DNA of 63,314 nucleotides, counting the filler, from Octopus bimaculoides (lineage: Eukaryota), in NCBI RefSeq assembly GCF_001194135.2. It is 5 parts of 5 records of this genome, joined end to end, with 100 filler letters (N's around TTAATTAATTAA, not from the genome) between each part and the next. Parts side by side here need not be neighbours in the genome. Positions count along the whole stretch, not along the records: positions 17,323 to 29,678 come from NC_069000.1; positions 29,779 to 53,892 come from NC_068986.1; 3 more parts are not named here. The stretch is one strand, 5' to 3'. Of the stretch, positions 23,446-35,577 are shown one piece after another (the first letter of the stretch is position 1; each line of letters starts with the position of its first letter). The position numbers were made by a program, and so were the translations under genes. The notes under the pieces are model-generated. The model did no database searches and was not told the origin of the DNA. It saw nothing but the letters and a program-made list of their open reading frames with translations.

Positions 23446-24020
23446 GGACAGTCACAACCCCCACCCCCACTATCCTTTATCACTACTACCACCGCTAGCT
23501 CTACTACCACCACCACCAACAACAACAACAACAACAACACCACCACCATCTTCATTATCACTACCCCCACCACCACTCTTAAGAGAGAAAAAGAATGTGG
23601 GAGACAGAGAAGAGAAAAGAGAGTTCGTGAGAGAAAAGAGAGTTCGTGAGAGAAAGAGAAAGAGAGAGAGAGAGAGCGTGAGTGAAGTGCGTTGAAAAAC
23701 GGAGGAGCTGGAGAGGGAAAGTGTGAGGGGGTAAGAAATGGACGGTCTGTCGAGTAAAAATAATCATCAGACACAGTTAAAGATGGCAGGTTAATGAAGA
23801 ATGAATGATATTTGAGGGGGAGTGGGTGGAGTAGAAGAAGTGAACAAAAGAAAAGAAAGGGAAGAGAGAGGGGAAGGGAGGGAGTGTAATATATAGAAGA
23901 AGAGGAAGAATCGAAAAAAGAAAAAGTGCAGTGAAGCGTGTTGGTGGTGTAGTGTACTCTTATAGGTAAAGAATGTTTCTTGACTGGGTGGTGCGTTGTG
24001 CTAATCTCTTCGACACCAGA

Positions 24021-24110
24021 CGCGTGGTACATCGTGGCACCCCGTGGCACCCCGTGGCACACCGTGGCACCCCGTGACATACCGTGGCACACCGTGGAAC
24101 ACCGTAGCAC
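24021..24110. repeat. Minisatellite, 9 x 10 bp (nnCGTGGCAC)
   Basis: cgcgtggtac atcgtggcac cccgtggcac cccgtggcac accgtggcac cccgtgacat accgtggcac accgtggaac accgtagcac. Confidence 0.9.
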
Positions 24111-24261
24111 CTGTTCAGACAACGTCGATTTAATGGAGAGAAGTGAGCCAATGTGCGGCACGAACATTTGATCACGATAAACAAATCATTTGTGCAGGTC
24201 GTTCGGCAAAACCTCGACGGTCCTACGTCATCATCGACGAGGAGAGTCCATCCTGTATATA

Positions 24262-24712
24262 TACGAGGGGATGCTGAAGGGTTCCTGGCTTTCAGGGTAT
24301 CGCGAAAGGCCGAGCTGGAGGCCCAACCTTCCGAGTGCTTTAGAAAAAAAGAGGGATTAGGAAAACTGAAGGACCGCTGCGATATCTGTGTGAATCGGGC
24401 GGCGAGCTGGCTCAGTCGTTAGCACATCAGGCGAAAGGCTTAGCAGTATTTCGTCTGTCTTTACGTTCTGAGTTCAAATTCCGCCGAAGTCGATTTTGAC
24501 TTTCATCCTTTCGGGGTCGATAAATTAAGTACCAGTTGCGTACTGGGTCGATGTAATAGACTGCCCCCCTCCCCCAAAATTTCGGGCCTTGTGCCTAGAG
24601 TAGAAAAGAATAACGGTGTGAATCTGAGAGGGGATTAGGTTGGATAAAAGCACAATCAACGGATCCGCCTATATTTTCTTTTACTTAAAGCCAGGAACTT
24701 TGTAGCAGTAAG
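24262..24712 (+). mobile_element. Mariner-derived MITE interrupted by a SINE B
   Basis: Left TIR tacgaggggatgctgaagggttcctggcttt; right aaagccaggaactt; uninterrupted paralog at 61167-61387. Confidence 0.8.
24397..24615 (+). mobile_element. SINE family B, full length, 9-bp TSD
   Basis: gtgtgaatc at 24388-24396 and 24616-24624 flank gggcggcgagctggc...ttcggggtcgataaattaagtacc...gtagaaaagaataacg. Confidence 0.9.
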
Positions 24713-24751
24713 AACGTTTAATATGAGAAAATGAAAGATAGACAATACAGT

Positions 24752-24803
<52 letters not shown>

Positions 24804-25984
24804 TTTATGTTGCTGTCACAGATTTTGAAATTTTAAAATTTAGTGTAATTTTTCAAATTTGGTATATTGATGTACTTTTTCACGATGAATATTAGTTTTT
24901 GATTCAGTTATTTCAGAAAAACTTTTTAAAAATGTTACGAAGGTCTAAAGTTTGGTGATTTTCACTCAATTAGAAAACACTATTTGCTAGCTAAGCATTT
25001 TGCGCGTGGTAAGCTGTGTATTATAAAACGGAAATAAACATTAAAAGACGAGGCTTTAAACACAATGAAAGCTATGCGTGAGAGTTAAATGTAAATACAG
25101 AGAGAATGAGTGTCAAATTGTATGATAAATATTTAAAGAGGGTTAATTGTGATAGCTAAAGAGTGGGAAATTTGTCGATCTAAAAATTGAGTTATTTCTC
25201 GTAGCAAATTACATTTTTTATTATTTACGAACGACATTGTAATTGGGACGCAGATTTCGAAAATCAAATGAATTTTTGGGGCTAAACATACATAGATAAA
25301 TCCATACACTCGCATTTACGTAATGGGTATATTGTGTAGTACATACAAAATAGCTTTAGTATAGGAAAGAAATAGTGACCTGTAAAGAAATAGCAAGTTT
25401 GGTTAGTATCCAAATTGGCGAAATAATTCACAAAGACTTCAAATTCAGATTTAACAATAAATATTTCAACAAGGAACATTTGTTCAACAATGATAATGCA
25501 GTATTTAACATGACCACTAATCTCCATATTATGAGTTTAGAATTAAAATATGTGCCCAAACAACAATTTTAACCCAAAATTAATGTATGTGAGAAAGCAT
25601 TTGTGCAGATGAGTGTCTATGTGTGTCTGTGGATGTACGTATATATNNNNNNNNNNNNNNNNNNNNNNNNNNNNNNNNNNNNNNNNNNNNNNNNNNNNNN
25701 NNNNNNNNNNNNNNNNNNNNNNNNNNNNNNNNNNNNNNNNNNNNNNNNNNNNNNNNNNNNNNNNNNNNNNNNNNNNNNNNNNNNNNNNNNNNNNNNNNNN
25801 NNNNNNNNNNATATATATATATATATATACATATATGTTTTAATGGAATAATTACTGTGAAGCATTGTGTAGAATATATTGTATAAAAGATCGTGGGGAA
25901 GGCCAAAACTATGCGAAGTAAATGCAAGGTAAATCACAAGAAAACAAATATGTGAATTAATGTAGACTTACTTTGTATTCAATA

Positions 25985-26535
25985 TTTCGGGGTTATGACC
26001 CCATTTTCAAGATCTCGAAATTGAAGTATTCAAAATGTGGGGCATGAAGGTGAAAACAATACCAGTAATTATTGGAACATGGGGCATGATAAAAAAAAAC
26101 ACATATGAACAAAAACGTAATAGCTATACCTGGATCCTCAACACCACAAACTATCCAAGAGATAGTCCTGCTAGGAACAGCACACTTCCTACGCAAGACA
26201 CTATCAGTTCAATAATGCAACATAAAACAAAACAATCCACAAACAAAGACACACTCTCTATATAGAAAAATATACAATGAAATAAACTACCACCAGCAGG
26301 CTGAGATGCTCAACGCATTTGCACAAAACAACACACAATACAAACACTAAAGCAACAAAAAAAAAAACTGCCCAAGCCCCATAACAGAAGAAACGGACGC
26401 AATATAAGACAGGGAAGAGTTTGCACACACCCAACAACAAAAAAGAACACACAATGCTGCACCCCGCCCCCAACAACATGGAGATGCAGCAGGTGATGCA
26501 ATAGCAATTTGCCTGAAACCACCAAATATTGAACA
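25985..26535 (+). mobile_element. R4/Dong-like 3' end ending at (TAA)n
   Basis: DLEIEVFKMWGMKVKTIPVIIGTWGMIKKN..IPGSSTPQTIQEIVLLGTAHFLRKTLSVQ*; extent of 3' UTR uncertain. Confidence 0.7.
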
Positions 26536-26538
26536 ATG

Positions 26539-26569
<31 letters not shown>

Positions 26570-26597
26570 TGATGATGATGATGATGATAATAATGAT

Positions 26598-26735
26598 AAT
26601 CCTTTCTACTGGAAGCACAAAGCCTCAAATTTGTGGGGAGGGGACTAGTCGATTACATCGACTCCGGTGTTTCACTGGAACTTCATTTATCGACCTTGAA
26701 AGGATGAAAGGCAAAGTAGACCTCGGCAGAATCTG
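26598..26735 (-). mobile_element. SINE family B, head-truncated
   Basis: gtcgattacatcgac...tttatcgaccttgaaaggatgaaaggcaaagtagacctcggcagaat. Confidence 0.8.
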
Positions 26736-26750
26736 AATATAATATTAATG

Positions 26751-26805
<55 letters not shown>

Positions 26806-27435
26806 CGAGAGCCAAGTCCTATGATCAAACCGCAGACTAGTCGAGGTTATCATCTCAGGGCTCAACAAAAACGTCCCTATGTATTTAAACTAGAGATCAA
26901 TACCGAAAACTGGTACGTTGGTTCCTTATCCTTTCTAGGTCACCTATTTTTGATACGCATTTTTGGTTCCTCATTATTTCTGTTAGCTTTCCCCAGCAAA
27001 ATAGTACAAATCTCATCGCCCACCCAATGCCCCATTCCAACCCATCTCCCTAATACCATAATGGACGGACTGACGCAGTTCTTTTACACATCTCTGTCTG
27101 ATAATCTGTTTATTACTGTTGTTGAAACAAGATCAAGTTTATCAACTTGTTCAACGGCTAGTCTAGACCGTAGTGAATAACTGTAGGGAGTGGTGTTTAT
27201 AGTGAGAAGCAGTTTGAGGCCGCGATGGGCCACAATAGCTAAGATAGGTGGAGAGTAATGAGTGATTATAGATTACTGCTTATGTAAATATGTACGTGTG
27301 TGTGTGTCTGTGTAAGTATATATGTATTTACGTATAAATATATTTTAGTATGTATATCTATCTATCTATCTATCCATCTATCCAGCATGGCTACAGTCAA
27401 CTGACTGAAACAAGTAAAAGAATAAAAGACTATAT

Positions 27436-27474
<39 letters not shown>

Positions 27475-27634
27475 TATATACATTATTGTCTTGTAGTGAA
27501 ACTCATTCTCTTTTAGAACCTTATTTCTTAACACACTCACTGGTTTGTTTTCCATCTCTCTTATACATATAAGAGAGATGACAACTAAGTGGACATCCAT
27601 TATGCTAAATGCTAAATTTATTTATACATATATT

Positions 27635-28012
27635 CTTTCTACTTGTTTCAGTCATTTGACTGCGGCCATGCTGGGGCACCGCTTTTAGTCGAACAAATCG
27701 ATCCCAGGACTTATTGTTTGTAAGCCTAGTACTTATTCTAACGGTCTCTCTGGCCGAGCCGCTATGTTACGGGGGCGTAAACACCCCAACATCGGTTGTC
27801 AAGAAATGGTGGGAGACCAAACACAGACACACAATTACATAGAAACACACACATATACCTATACGACGGGCTTCTTTCAGTTTCCGTCTACTAAATCCAC
27901 TCAGAAGGCTTTGGTCGACCTAAGGGTATAGTAGAAGACACTTGCCCAAGGTGCCACGCAGTTGGACTGAACCCGGATCCAAGCTTCTTACCACACAGCC
28001 CCTCCTGCGCCT
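27635..28012 (-). mobile_element. SINE family A, full length
   Basis: From tail ctacttgtttcagtcatttgactgcggccatgc to head ggactgaacccgg...ttaccacacagcc..ctcctgcgcc; both halves present. Confidence 0.9.
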
Positions 28013-28199
28013 TGTTCTGGTCAATGGAAATGTGTGTAGACATTCATTCATTCATTCATGCACACATACCATACATACACACGCGTGCGGGGGCGCACAC
28101 ACACTCCTTTAACTACTGCTGTACACATATGCCTGTGTGTGTGTGTTTATGTGTCTATGTGTGTGCACATGTGACTGCTTGAGTCACTATCAATAAAGC

Positions 28200-28300
28200 G
28201 TTTGCGTCAACGTTGGTTGGCTATCATAACTATCGCCATGACAACATGACGTCACCAGTCTCGGCTCGCTCTCGCTGATCGGTTTTCAGTATATATTGGT
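28200..28300 (+). promoter_or_regulatory. Candidate Pol II promoter: X-box-like, CRE, TATA/CCAAT
   Basis: tgcgtca 28203-28209; atcgccatgacaac 28232-28245 (one mismatch to RFX X-box GTHNYYATRRNAAC); TGACGTCA 28247-28254; tatata 28290-28295; attgg 28295-28299. Unique CpG-rich sequence; donor cc|gtaagt at 28496/28497. Confidence 0.45.
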
Positions 28301-28835
28301 GTGCGATTGATAAACACCAACAAAAACGAAAAGAGCACCGTCCACCTCGCACCGGCTCCTAGGTTCAAGTTAGGTGTCCGGTCATTTTAGAATTCTTTTT
28401 TACCTTCTTTCTTTCTTTCTGTCCATTCCTAATCATTGATTACTCGTTACCCTGAAGTAAATTTATCTGTAAAACTCAGCGACTACACCACCCGCCGTAA
28501 GTAGAAATACTCTCACATTTCTGGGGGTAAAAGCAATTTTAAAAGTTTGATGTGCTTATTTGACCTGCGTATGTATGTATGTATGTATGTATGTATGTAT
28601 GTATGTATGTATGTATGTATGTATGTATCTCTCTCGCCCTTCCCCCGTCTCTCTCTCAATATATATGTATAAGTACATATATATACTCCAAAGATAAGTA
28701 CACACACGCACACAAACACATGCGTATATATATACACGCAGACGCACATGTATATTGTGGTATATATACATATATACACAAGCATGTATATATATATATA
28801 TGTATATACATATATATACATATGTATATATGTAC

Positions 28836-28878
<43 letters not shown>

Positions 28879-28997
28879 TCTTATCGTTAAAGGCAAGAAA
28901 CTGAGTATTAGTATTTTGGTCGATAACTGATGAAGAATTAGGGTACTTCTGTGTCTGTCCTACCTGTACATTTTGTAGTATTTAATGTATTATCCCT

Positions 28998-29053
<56 letters not shown>

Positions 29054-29064
29054 ACATATATATA

Positions 29065-29260
29065 TGTTTGTCCCGCCACCGTCGCTTGACAACCGATATT
29101 GGTGTGTTTACGTTCCCGTATCTAGCGGTTGGGCAAAAAGTTAACGATAGTATAAGTATTAGGACTACAAAGAATAAGTCCTTGGAACGATTTTTTCGAC
29201 TAAAGGCGGTGCTTCAGCATGGCCACAGTGAAATAACTGAAACAAATAAATGAATAAAAG
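29065..29260 (+). mobile_element. SINE family A 3' half
   Basis: gtcgcttgacaaccgat...tagcggttgggcaaaaag...aagaataagtcc...cagcatggccacagtgaaataactgaaacaa. Confidence 0.85.
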
Positions 29261-29439
29261 AATATATATATATATATATCTGTATATATATTCAATTAAA
29301 AAAGCTGAGAACAAGAGAAAAAGAAAACAAACAAACAAACGTGAGGACACAGCACAAACAATGTATTGATGACGCTCGGAGAAAGAAGAGAGTTGTTGTT
29401 TTACGTTTCGAGCATAGCTCTTCGTCGGAAACAGGAAAA

Positions 29440-29587
29440 AGACGGGCTTTCTTTCAGTTTCCGTCTACCAAATCCACTCAGAAAGCTTTGGTCAGCCCGA
29501 GACACCCACCCAAGGTGCCACGCAGTAGGACTGAACGCGGAACCATATGGTTGGGAAGCAAGCTTCTTACTACACAGCTACGCCTGT
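29440..29587 (-). mobile_element. SINE family A 5' half
   Basis: gacgggctttctttcagtttccgtctaccaaatccactc...ccaaggtgccacgcagtaggactgaac...ttactacacagc. Confidence 0.85.
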
Positions 29588-29678
29588 ATATATACGTACA
29601 AGTGTGCGAAGAAGCGAAAGAAAGAAGCACTCTGCACATTTTGTTGGAGATACATATATTATTATTTAAAACAGTTTG

Positions 29679-29778
29679 NNNNNNNNNNNNNNNNNNNNNN
29701 NNNNNNNNNNNNNNNNNNNNNNTTAATTAATTAANNNNNNNNNNNNNNNNNNNNNNNNNNNNNNNNNNNNNNNNNNNN
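29679..29778. other. Artificial scaffold-joining spacer
   Basis: N44 + TTAATTAATTAA (29723-29734) + N44. Confidence 0.95.
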
Positions 29779-29815
<37 letters not shown>

Positions 29816-29872
29816 AACGTGTGTTTATGCATGTGTTTATATCTAGGAATATATATAAATACATTATCCATC

Positions 29873-29927
<55 letters not shown>

Positions 29928-30050
29928 GTCTAAGTAGGTAGGTAGGTAGGTAGGTAGGTAGGTAGGTAGATAGATTGATTGCCAATGAAAAGTAGTGATA
30001 AAATGGGAGAATAATGGAAGCCAAAACAGAAAGTGAGGAGAAATAGGAGT

Positions 30051-30096
<46 letters not shown>

Positions 30097-30287
30097 AAGA
30101 GAGAGAGAGAGATAGAGAGAGAAAGAGAGAAAAGGGAAGTGAAAGAGAAATAGAGAAGGAAGAAAAAAAGGGGCTATGAGAAAGAACGAAAGAAATGTTT
30201 TACTGGGATAGCAATAACTACTAACATGAACATCACGCACAAACAGAAATAGAAAAAAAAAAAAAAATAGAAAAAAATAAAATATAT

Positions 30288-30319
<32 letters not shown>

Positions 30320-32095
30320 ACAATGAAAAAGACATGAACATTTCTACCAAAATTACGAAACTCAAAGAGAAAGGAATTAAAAATTCCTGCAAGAAAAAGA
30401 ACACAGAAAAAGACCAAGAAAAAGAAATAAACGTAAATTCTGTGAACGAAGAAAGTAAAAGTTTGAAAAAGAAAGAACAGAAAAATAAAAAATAAAAAAA
30501 AGAGAAAAAATCCCCAAAAGAGAAGTTTCTACAAAAGTCCCTTTAATAGATTCTCTTTCTTTTTCTCTTTCTTCCTTTTTCGCTTCCAATTCCTCGCTTA
30601 TATTTCTTAACCATTTTTGCTCTCCATTTGTCTTGTCCCATTTTTTCCCCTTTCTTTCCCCCGCTCATGTATCTTGCATCTTCTCATCCTTTCTCTCCTC
30701 TTTTCTAGCACATTAATTTTCTTCCTTCCTTCCTTCCTTCCTTTCTTTTCTCTTTCTTTCTTTCTTCCTTCCTTCCTTTCTTTGTTTGTTTGTTTGTTTG
30801 TTTGTTTGTTTGTTTGTTTGTTTCTTTCTTTTTCATTTTCTTCCGTCCACTATTCCACTTATTTCACTCTCTGTTATTATTATCCTCTTTCCCTTCTTCT
30901 TCTTCTTCTTCTTCTCCTCCTCCTCCTCCTCCTCCTCCTNNNNNNNNNNNNNNNNNNNNNNNNNNNNNNNNNNNNNNNNNNNNNNNNNNNNNNNNNNNNN
31001 NNNNNNNNNNNNNNNNNNNNNNNNNNNNNNNNNNNNNNNNNNNNNNNNNNNNNNNNNNNNNNNNNNNNNNNNNNNNNNNNNNNNNNNNNNNNNNNNNNNN
31101 NNNNNNNNNNNNNNNNNNNNNNNNNNNNNNNNNNNNNNNNNNNNNNNNNNNNNNNNNNNNNNNNNNNNNNNNNNNNNNNNNNNNNNNNNNNNNNNNNNNN
31201 NNNNNNNNNNNNNNNNNNNNNNNNNNNNNNNNNNNNNNNNNNNNNNNNNNNNNNNNNNNNNNNNNNNNNNNNNNNNNNNNNNNNNNNNNNNNNNNNNNNN
31301 NNNNNNNNNNNNNNNNNNNNNNNNNNNNNNNNNNNNNNNNNNNNNNNNNNNNNNNNNNNNNNNNNNNNNNNNNNNNNNNNNNNNNNNNNNNNNNNNNNNN
31401 NNNNNNNNNNNNNNNNNNNNNNNNNNNNNNNNNNNNNNNNNNNNNNNNNNNNNNNNNNNNNNNNNNNNNNNNNNNNNNNNNNNNNNNNNNNNNNNNNNNN
31501 NNNNNNNNNNNNNNNNNNNNNNNNNNNNNNNNNNNNNNNNNNNNNNNNNNNNNNCTTCTTCTTCTTCTTCTTCTTCTCCTCTTCCTCCTCCCCTTCTTCT
31601 TCTTCTTCTTCTTCTTCTTCTTCTTCTTCTTCTTCTTCTCCTCCTCCTCCTCCCCTCCCCCTCTTCTTCTTCTTCTTCTTCTTCTTCTTCTCCTCCTCCT
31701 CCCCTCCCCCTCCTTCTTCCGTTTCTTTGTCTCTCTCTCTCTCTCTCTCTCTCTTTCTTATTCTCTCTTACTCTTGTCCTCTCTTTCTAACTACGTTATC
31801 TTTATTTTTGGGCTTCACTTTCTTAATATATTTCACTCTCTCTCTCATTCTCTCTCTCCCTCCGTCTTTCCACCCACATGCCTTCTCCTTTTCTTTCCCT
31901 ATCTCATTAACAAATTTAGTACAGCTTCTTTGTAAAAATGGTTGTTTCAATGACATTCGTGCCAAAAAGGAATCGGAACATCAGAATATTTCAGTTATTC
32001 TCTGCTAACACAACGCTGTGTCCTCCTCAAATTTTATTAAAAAATAGAGAGAGAGAGAGAGAAAGAGAAGCAAACGAATAGAGATAGATAGATAA

Positions 32096-32141
<46 letters not shown>

Positions 32142-32296
32142 GCAGACAGATGGAGATAGAGATAAGAGAGAGAGAGAGGCAGACAGAGATAGAAATAGAT
32201 AGATAGAGAGAGAGGCTGACAGAAAGAGCTAGCTAGATAGATAGAGATAGAGATAGAGAGAGAGAGAGAGGCAGACAGATAGAGATAGAGAGAGAG

Positions 32297-32339
<43 letters not shown>

Positions 32340-32488
32340 GAGGCTGACAGAGATAGACAATAGTATATGTATGCATGTACCTATCTATCTATCTATCTAT
32401 CTTAAGACACAAGAGTGAAGACATTTTATGCACTCACAAACGGACACAAGCATATAAGATGTACGCATATACATACATACGTGTAAAC

Positions 32489-32554
<66 letters not shown>

Positions 32555-32961
32555 ATATATATATATAAATATATATGCATGTTTGTGCGTATATGTATGT
32601 ACACACAGACACAGACACAGACACACACACACAGATGTATGTATTCATACAAACGCAGAATGGTTCTACGTTTTATATCTTAACTTTCTTCCGTGTGAGA
32701 AGAAATAAAATAAAGAAACGAGGTAGTTGGGCAACAACTGTCTTTTATCCAGCTCACTATTAATCATTGAAATACCCATAAGACAAATTTCACTGGATTA
32801 CTAGTGTACATGAATGCATGTGTGTGCGTGGTCATGTCTCTGTGTATGTCTGTGTCTGCGCATGTGCGTGTATCTACGTGTTGTGTAACCTTCTTATATT
32901 GTTACCCATTGTCTCTCTCCATTTTCCATTTCTATTTTTTCGCTGTGTTCTTTGACTCTGA

Positions 32962-32992
<31 letters not shown>

Positions 32993-33030
32993 TGTATGTA
33001 GGTATGTATGTACGCATGTATATATATATT

Positions 33031-33060
<30 letters not shown>
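29779..33060. repeat. Low-complexity block: (AT)n, (ATCT)n, (AGGT)n, (AG)n, (TTTG)n, (CTT/CCT)n, (AGAT)n, (AC)n
   Basis: Directly visible simple repeats, with a gap at 30940-31554. Confidence 0.9.
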
Positions 33061-33090
<30 letters not shown>

Positions 33091-33834
33091 NNNNNNNNNN
33101 NNNNNNNNNNNNNNNNNNNNNNNNNNNNNNNNNNNNNNNNNNNNNNNNNNNNNNNNNNNNNNNNNNNNNNNNNNNNNNNNNNNNNNNNNNNNNNNNNNNN
33201 NNNNNNNNNNNNNNNNNNNNNNNNNNNNNNNNNNNNNNNNNNNNNNNNNNNNNNNNNNNNNNNNNNNNNNNNNNNNNNNNNNNNNNNNNNNNNNNNNNNN
33301 NNNNNNNNNNNNNNNNNNNNNNNNNNNNNNNNNNNNNNNNNNNNNNNNNNNNNNNNNNNNNNNNNNNNNNNNNNNNNNNNNNNNNNNNNNNNNNNNNNNN
33401 NNNNNNNNNNNNNNNNNNNNNNNNNNNNNNNNNNNNNNNNNNNNNNNNNNNNNNNNNNNNNNNNNNNNNNNNNNNNNNNNNNNNNNNNNNNNNNNNNNNN
33501 NNNNNNNNNNNNNNNNNNNNNNNNNNNNNNNNNNNNNNNNNNNNNNNNNNNNNNNNNNNNNNNNNNNNNNNNNNNNNNNNNNNNNNNNNNNNNNNNNNNN
33601 NNNNNNNNNNNNNNNNNNNNNNNNNNNNNNNNNNNNNNNNNNNNNNNNNNNNNNNNNNNNNNNNNNNNNNNNNNNNNNNNNNNNNNNNNNNNNNNNNNNN
33701 NNNNNNNNNNNNNNNNNNNNNNNNNNNNNNNNNNNNNNNNNNNNNNNNNNNNNNNNNNNNNNNNNNNNNNNNNNNNNNNNNNNNNNNNNNNNNNNNNNNN
33801 NNNNNNNNNNNNNNNNNNNNNNNNNNNNNNNNNN

Positions 33835-33892
<58 letters not shown>

Positions 33893-34345
33893 TATATATA
33901 TATGTATATATATATATGCATATATATATATATATATATAGATAGATATGATCGTACACAAATATGTATATATGTATGTGTATATACATATACGCGTATA
34001 TACATATACGCGCACACACACACATATGCGTACGCATATGCAAATGCATGTTTAAAGATAACAAAAGCTAAAATAGAATTCTTCCATGCAAAATTGAAAT
34101 GAAAAAAAAGATCGTTGTCAGGTTTGATGAGGGAAAAAGAAGTCGGTATGTGTATTCCCAACGAAACAACTAGAATAACATCGACCTCTGCTATTATATC
34201 AAGTTCTTAGATCGCTAACATGACAAGAACGTTGTGTGAAGCTCAGTTATATCTCAGTGTTTATGAAACGTGCGTGAATGTGTATTCGTGTGCACGCGCG
34301 TGTGTGGTGTGCGGTGTGCATATAACTTGTACGTGTGCACATCAC

Positions 34346-34600
34346 AAGCCCGTGGCCTAGCGGTTAAGGATGCAGCATTCACGATCGCTAGATCGTGGGT
34401 TCGATGCCTGTAGCGAGTTGCGCCTTGCATTCTTTGCTCCAGTCAGCTCAGCTGTAAATGGGTAACCATGCGACGGACTAACCTTCCAATCAGGGGGAAT
34501 TAGGACCTGATTGCCTAGCTAGCAGGCTGGCATTATTCAGAAACTGAAATGCTGCAAAGTGCATTGTGACTAGCGATGTGTAACAACATCTGATAGTCTA
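34346..34600 (+). mobile_element. tRNA-derived SINE family C with recognisable Pol III boxes
   Basis: A box tggcctagcgg 34353-34363; B box gggttcgatgcc 34397-34408; body gctccagtcagctcagctgtaaatgggtaacc; no tRNA acceptor stem. Confidence 0.7.
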
Positions 34601-35094
34601 GATATACATACATGTATATATATATATANNNNNNNNNNNNNNNNNNNNNNNNNNNNNNNNNNNNNNNNNNNNNNNNNNNNNNNNNNNNNNNNNNNNNNNN
34701 NNNNNNNNNNNNNNNNNNNNNNNNNNNNACACACACACACACACACACACACATATATGAGAGTTTGCTCGTGAGCGCTATTGGTAACATGTAATCCAGT
34801 ACAACCTGTTGCATGACCGGGTTGTCATTGACTGCATTCTGTTAATTTTTCCGCCAAGCTTGTATAGCGAGGAAGGTGGTTTTGTACAACCGGAAAGATA
34901 AAACAAGGTCTTCAAAACGTGAATGAACTCAAATGATTTAATCCCCATCTAACAATGAACACACATGTAGTATTCAATATGTAGTGTATTGCTAAAAGCA
35001 TGTTTTCGTTTTATTCACATGAAGGATGAAAGAAATAATTATCTTTCAGCTTTGCAGGTTCATAGATGGTGCCATAATATCCTTTTTTTTATAT

Positions 35095-35272
35095 AAATAA
35101 GGTCTGAAATTTTAGGGGTTAAACTAAGTACTTGACTACTACTTATTTTATCGACCCTTAAAAGATGAAATGTAAAGTTGGCCGCGATGGAATTTGAACT
35201 CAGAACGTAAAGCCGGACGAAATGTTGTTAAATATTTTTTCGGTATGCTAACAATTCTGCAAGCTCGCCGTT
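35095..35272 (-). mobile_element. SINE family B
   Basis: ttatttatcgacccttaaaagatgaaatgtaaagttggccgcgatggaatttgaactcagaacgtaaag...ctaacaattctgcaagctcgccg. Confidence 0.8.
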
Positions 35273-35511
35273 TTAGTTGGTGGCCTAATATCAGTGGCGC
35301 AACTTGCCCTGGTGGAGATTTTCCGTTAAGCTGAGATGGAAGCCATGATGCGTAGCAAACATCTGGTATGATGTTTTTAATGTCTTGCAAGCAACGTAAA
35401 TTATATGCAAATGCTAGATCTAGAGATCTGTTCAAGTATTTTGTCAATTTCCTGCTTTCTCGTAGAATTTCAGTTGTTTTGAAATACCCTGCAACCGAAC
35501 GTGCTATGTGA

Positions 35512-35577
<66 letters not shown>

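Noticed and set aside
24021-24110. CRISPR-like array
   Set aside because: Contiguous 10-bp units with no spacers; eukaryotic context.
23409-24167. 252-aa minus-strand ORF
   Set aside because: Built from the 10-bp minisatellite, purine tracts and trinucleotide repeats.
25353-25385. Possible 33-nt minus-strand microexon (branch point ctaac, tttacag|, |gtatgt)
   Set aside because: Good-looking sites, but no partner exons or homology; such motifs are frequent in AT-rich DNA.
26821-27180. 119-aa ORF in unique sequence
   Set aside because: No recognisable domain and no clear exon structure; cannot be supported without expression data.
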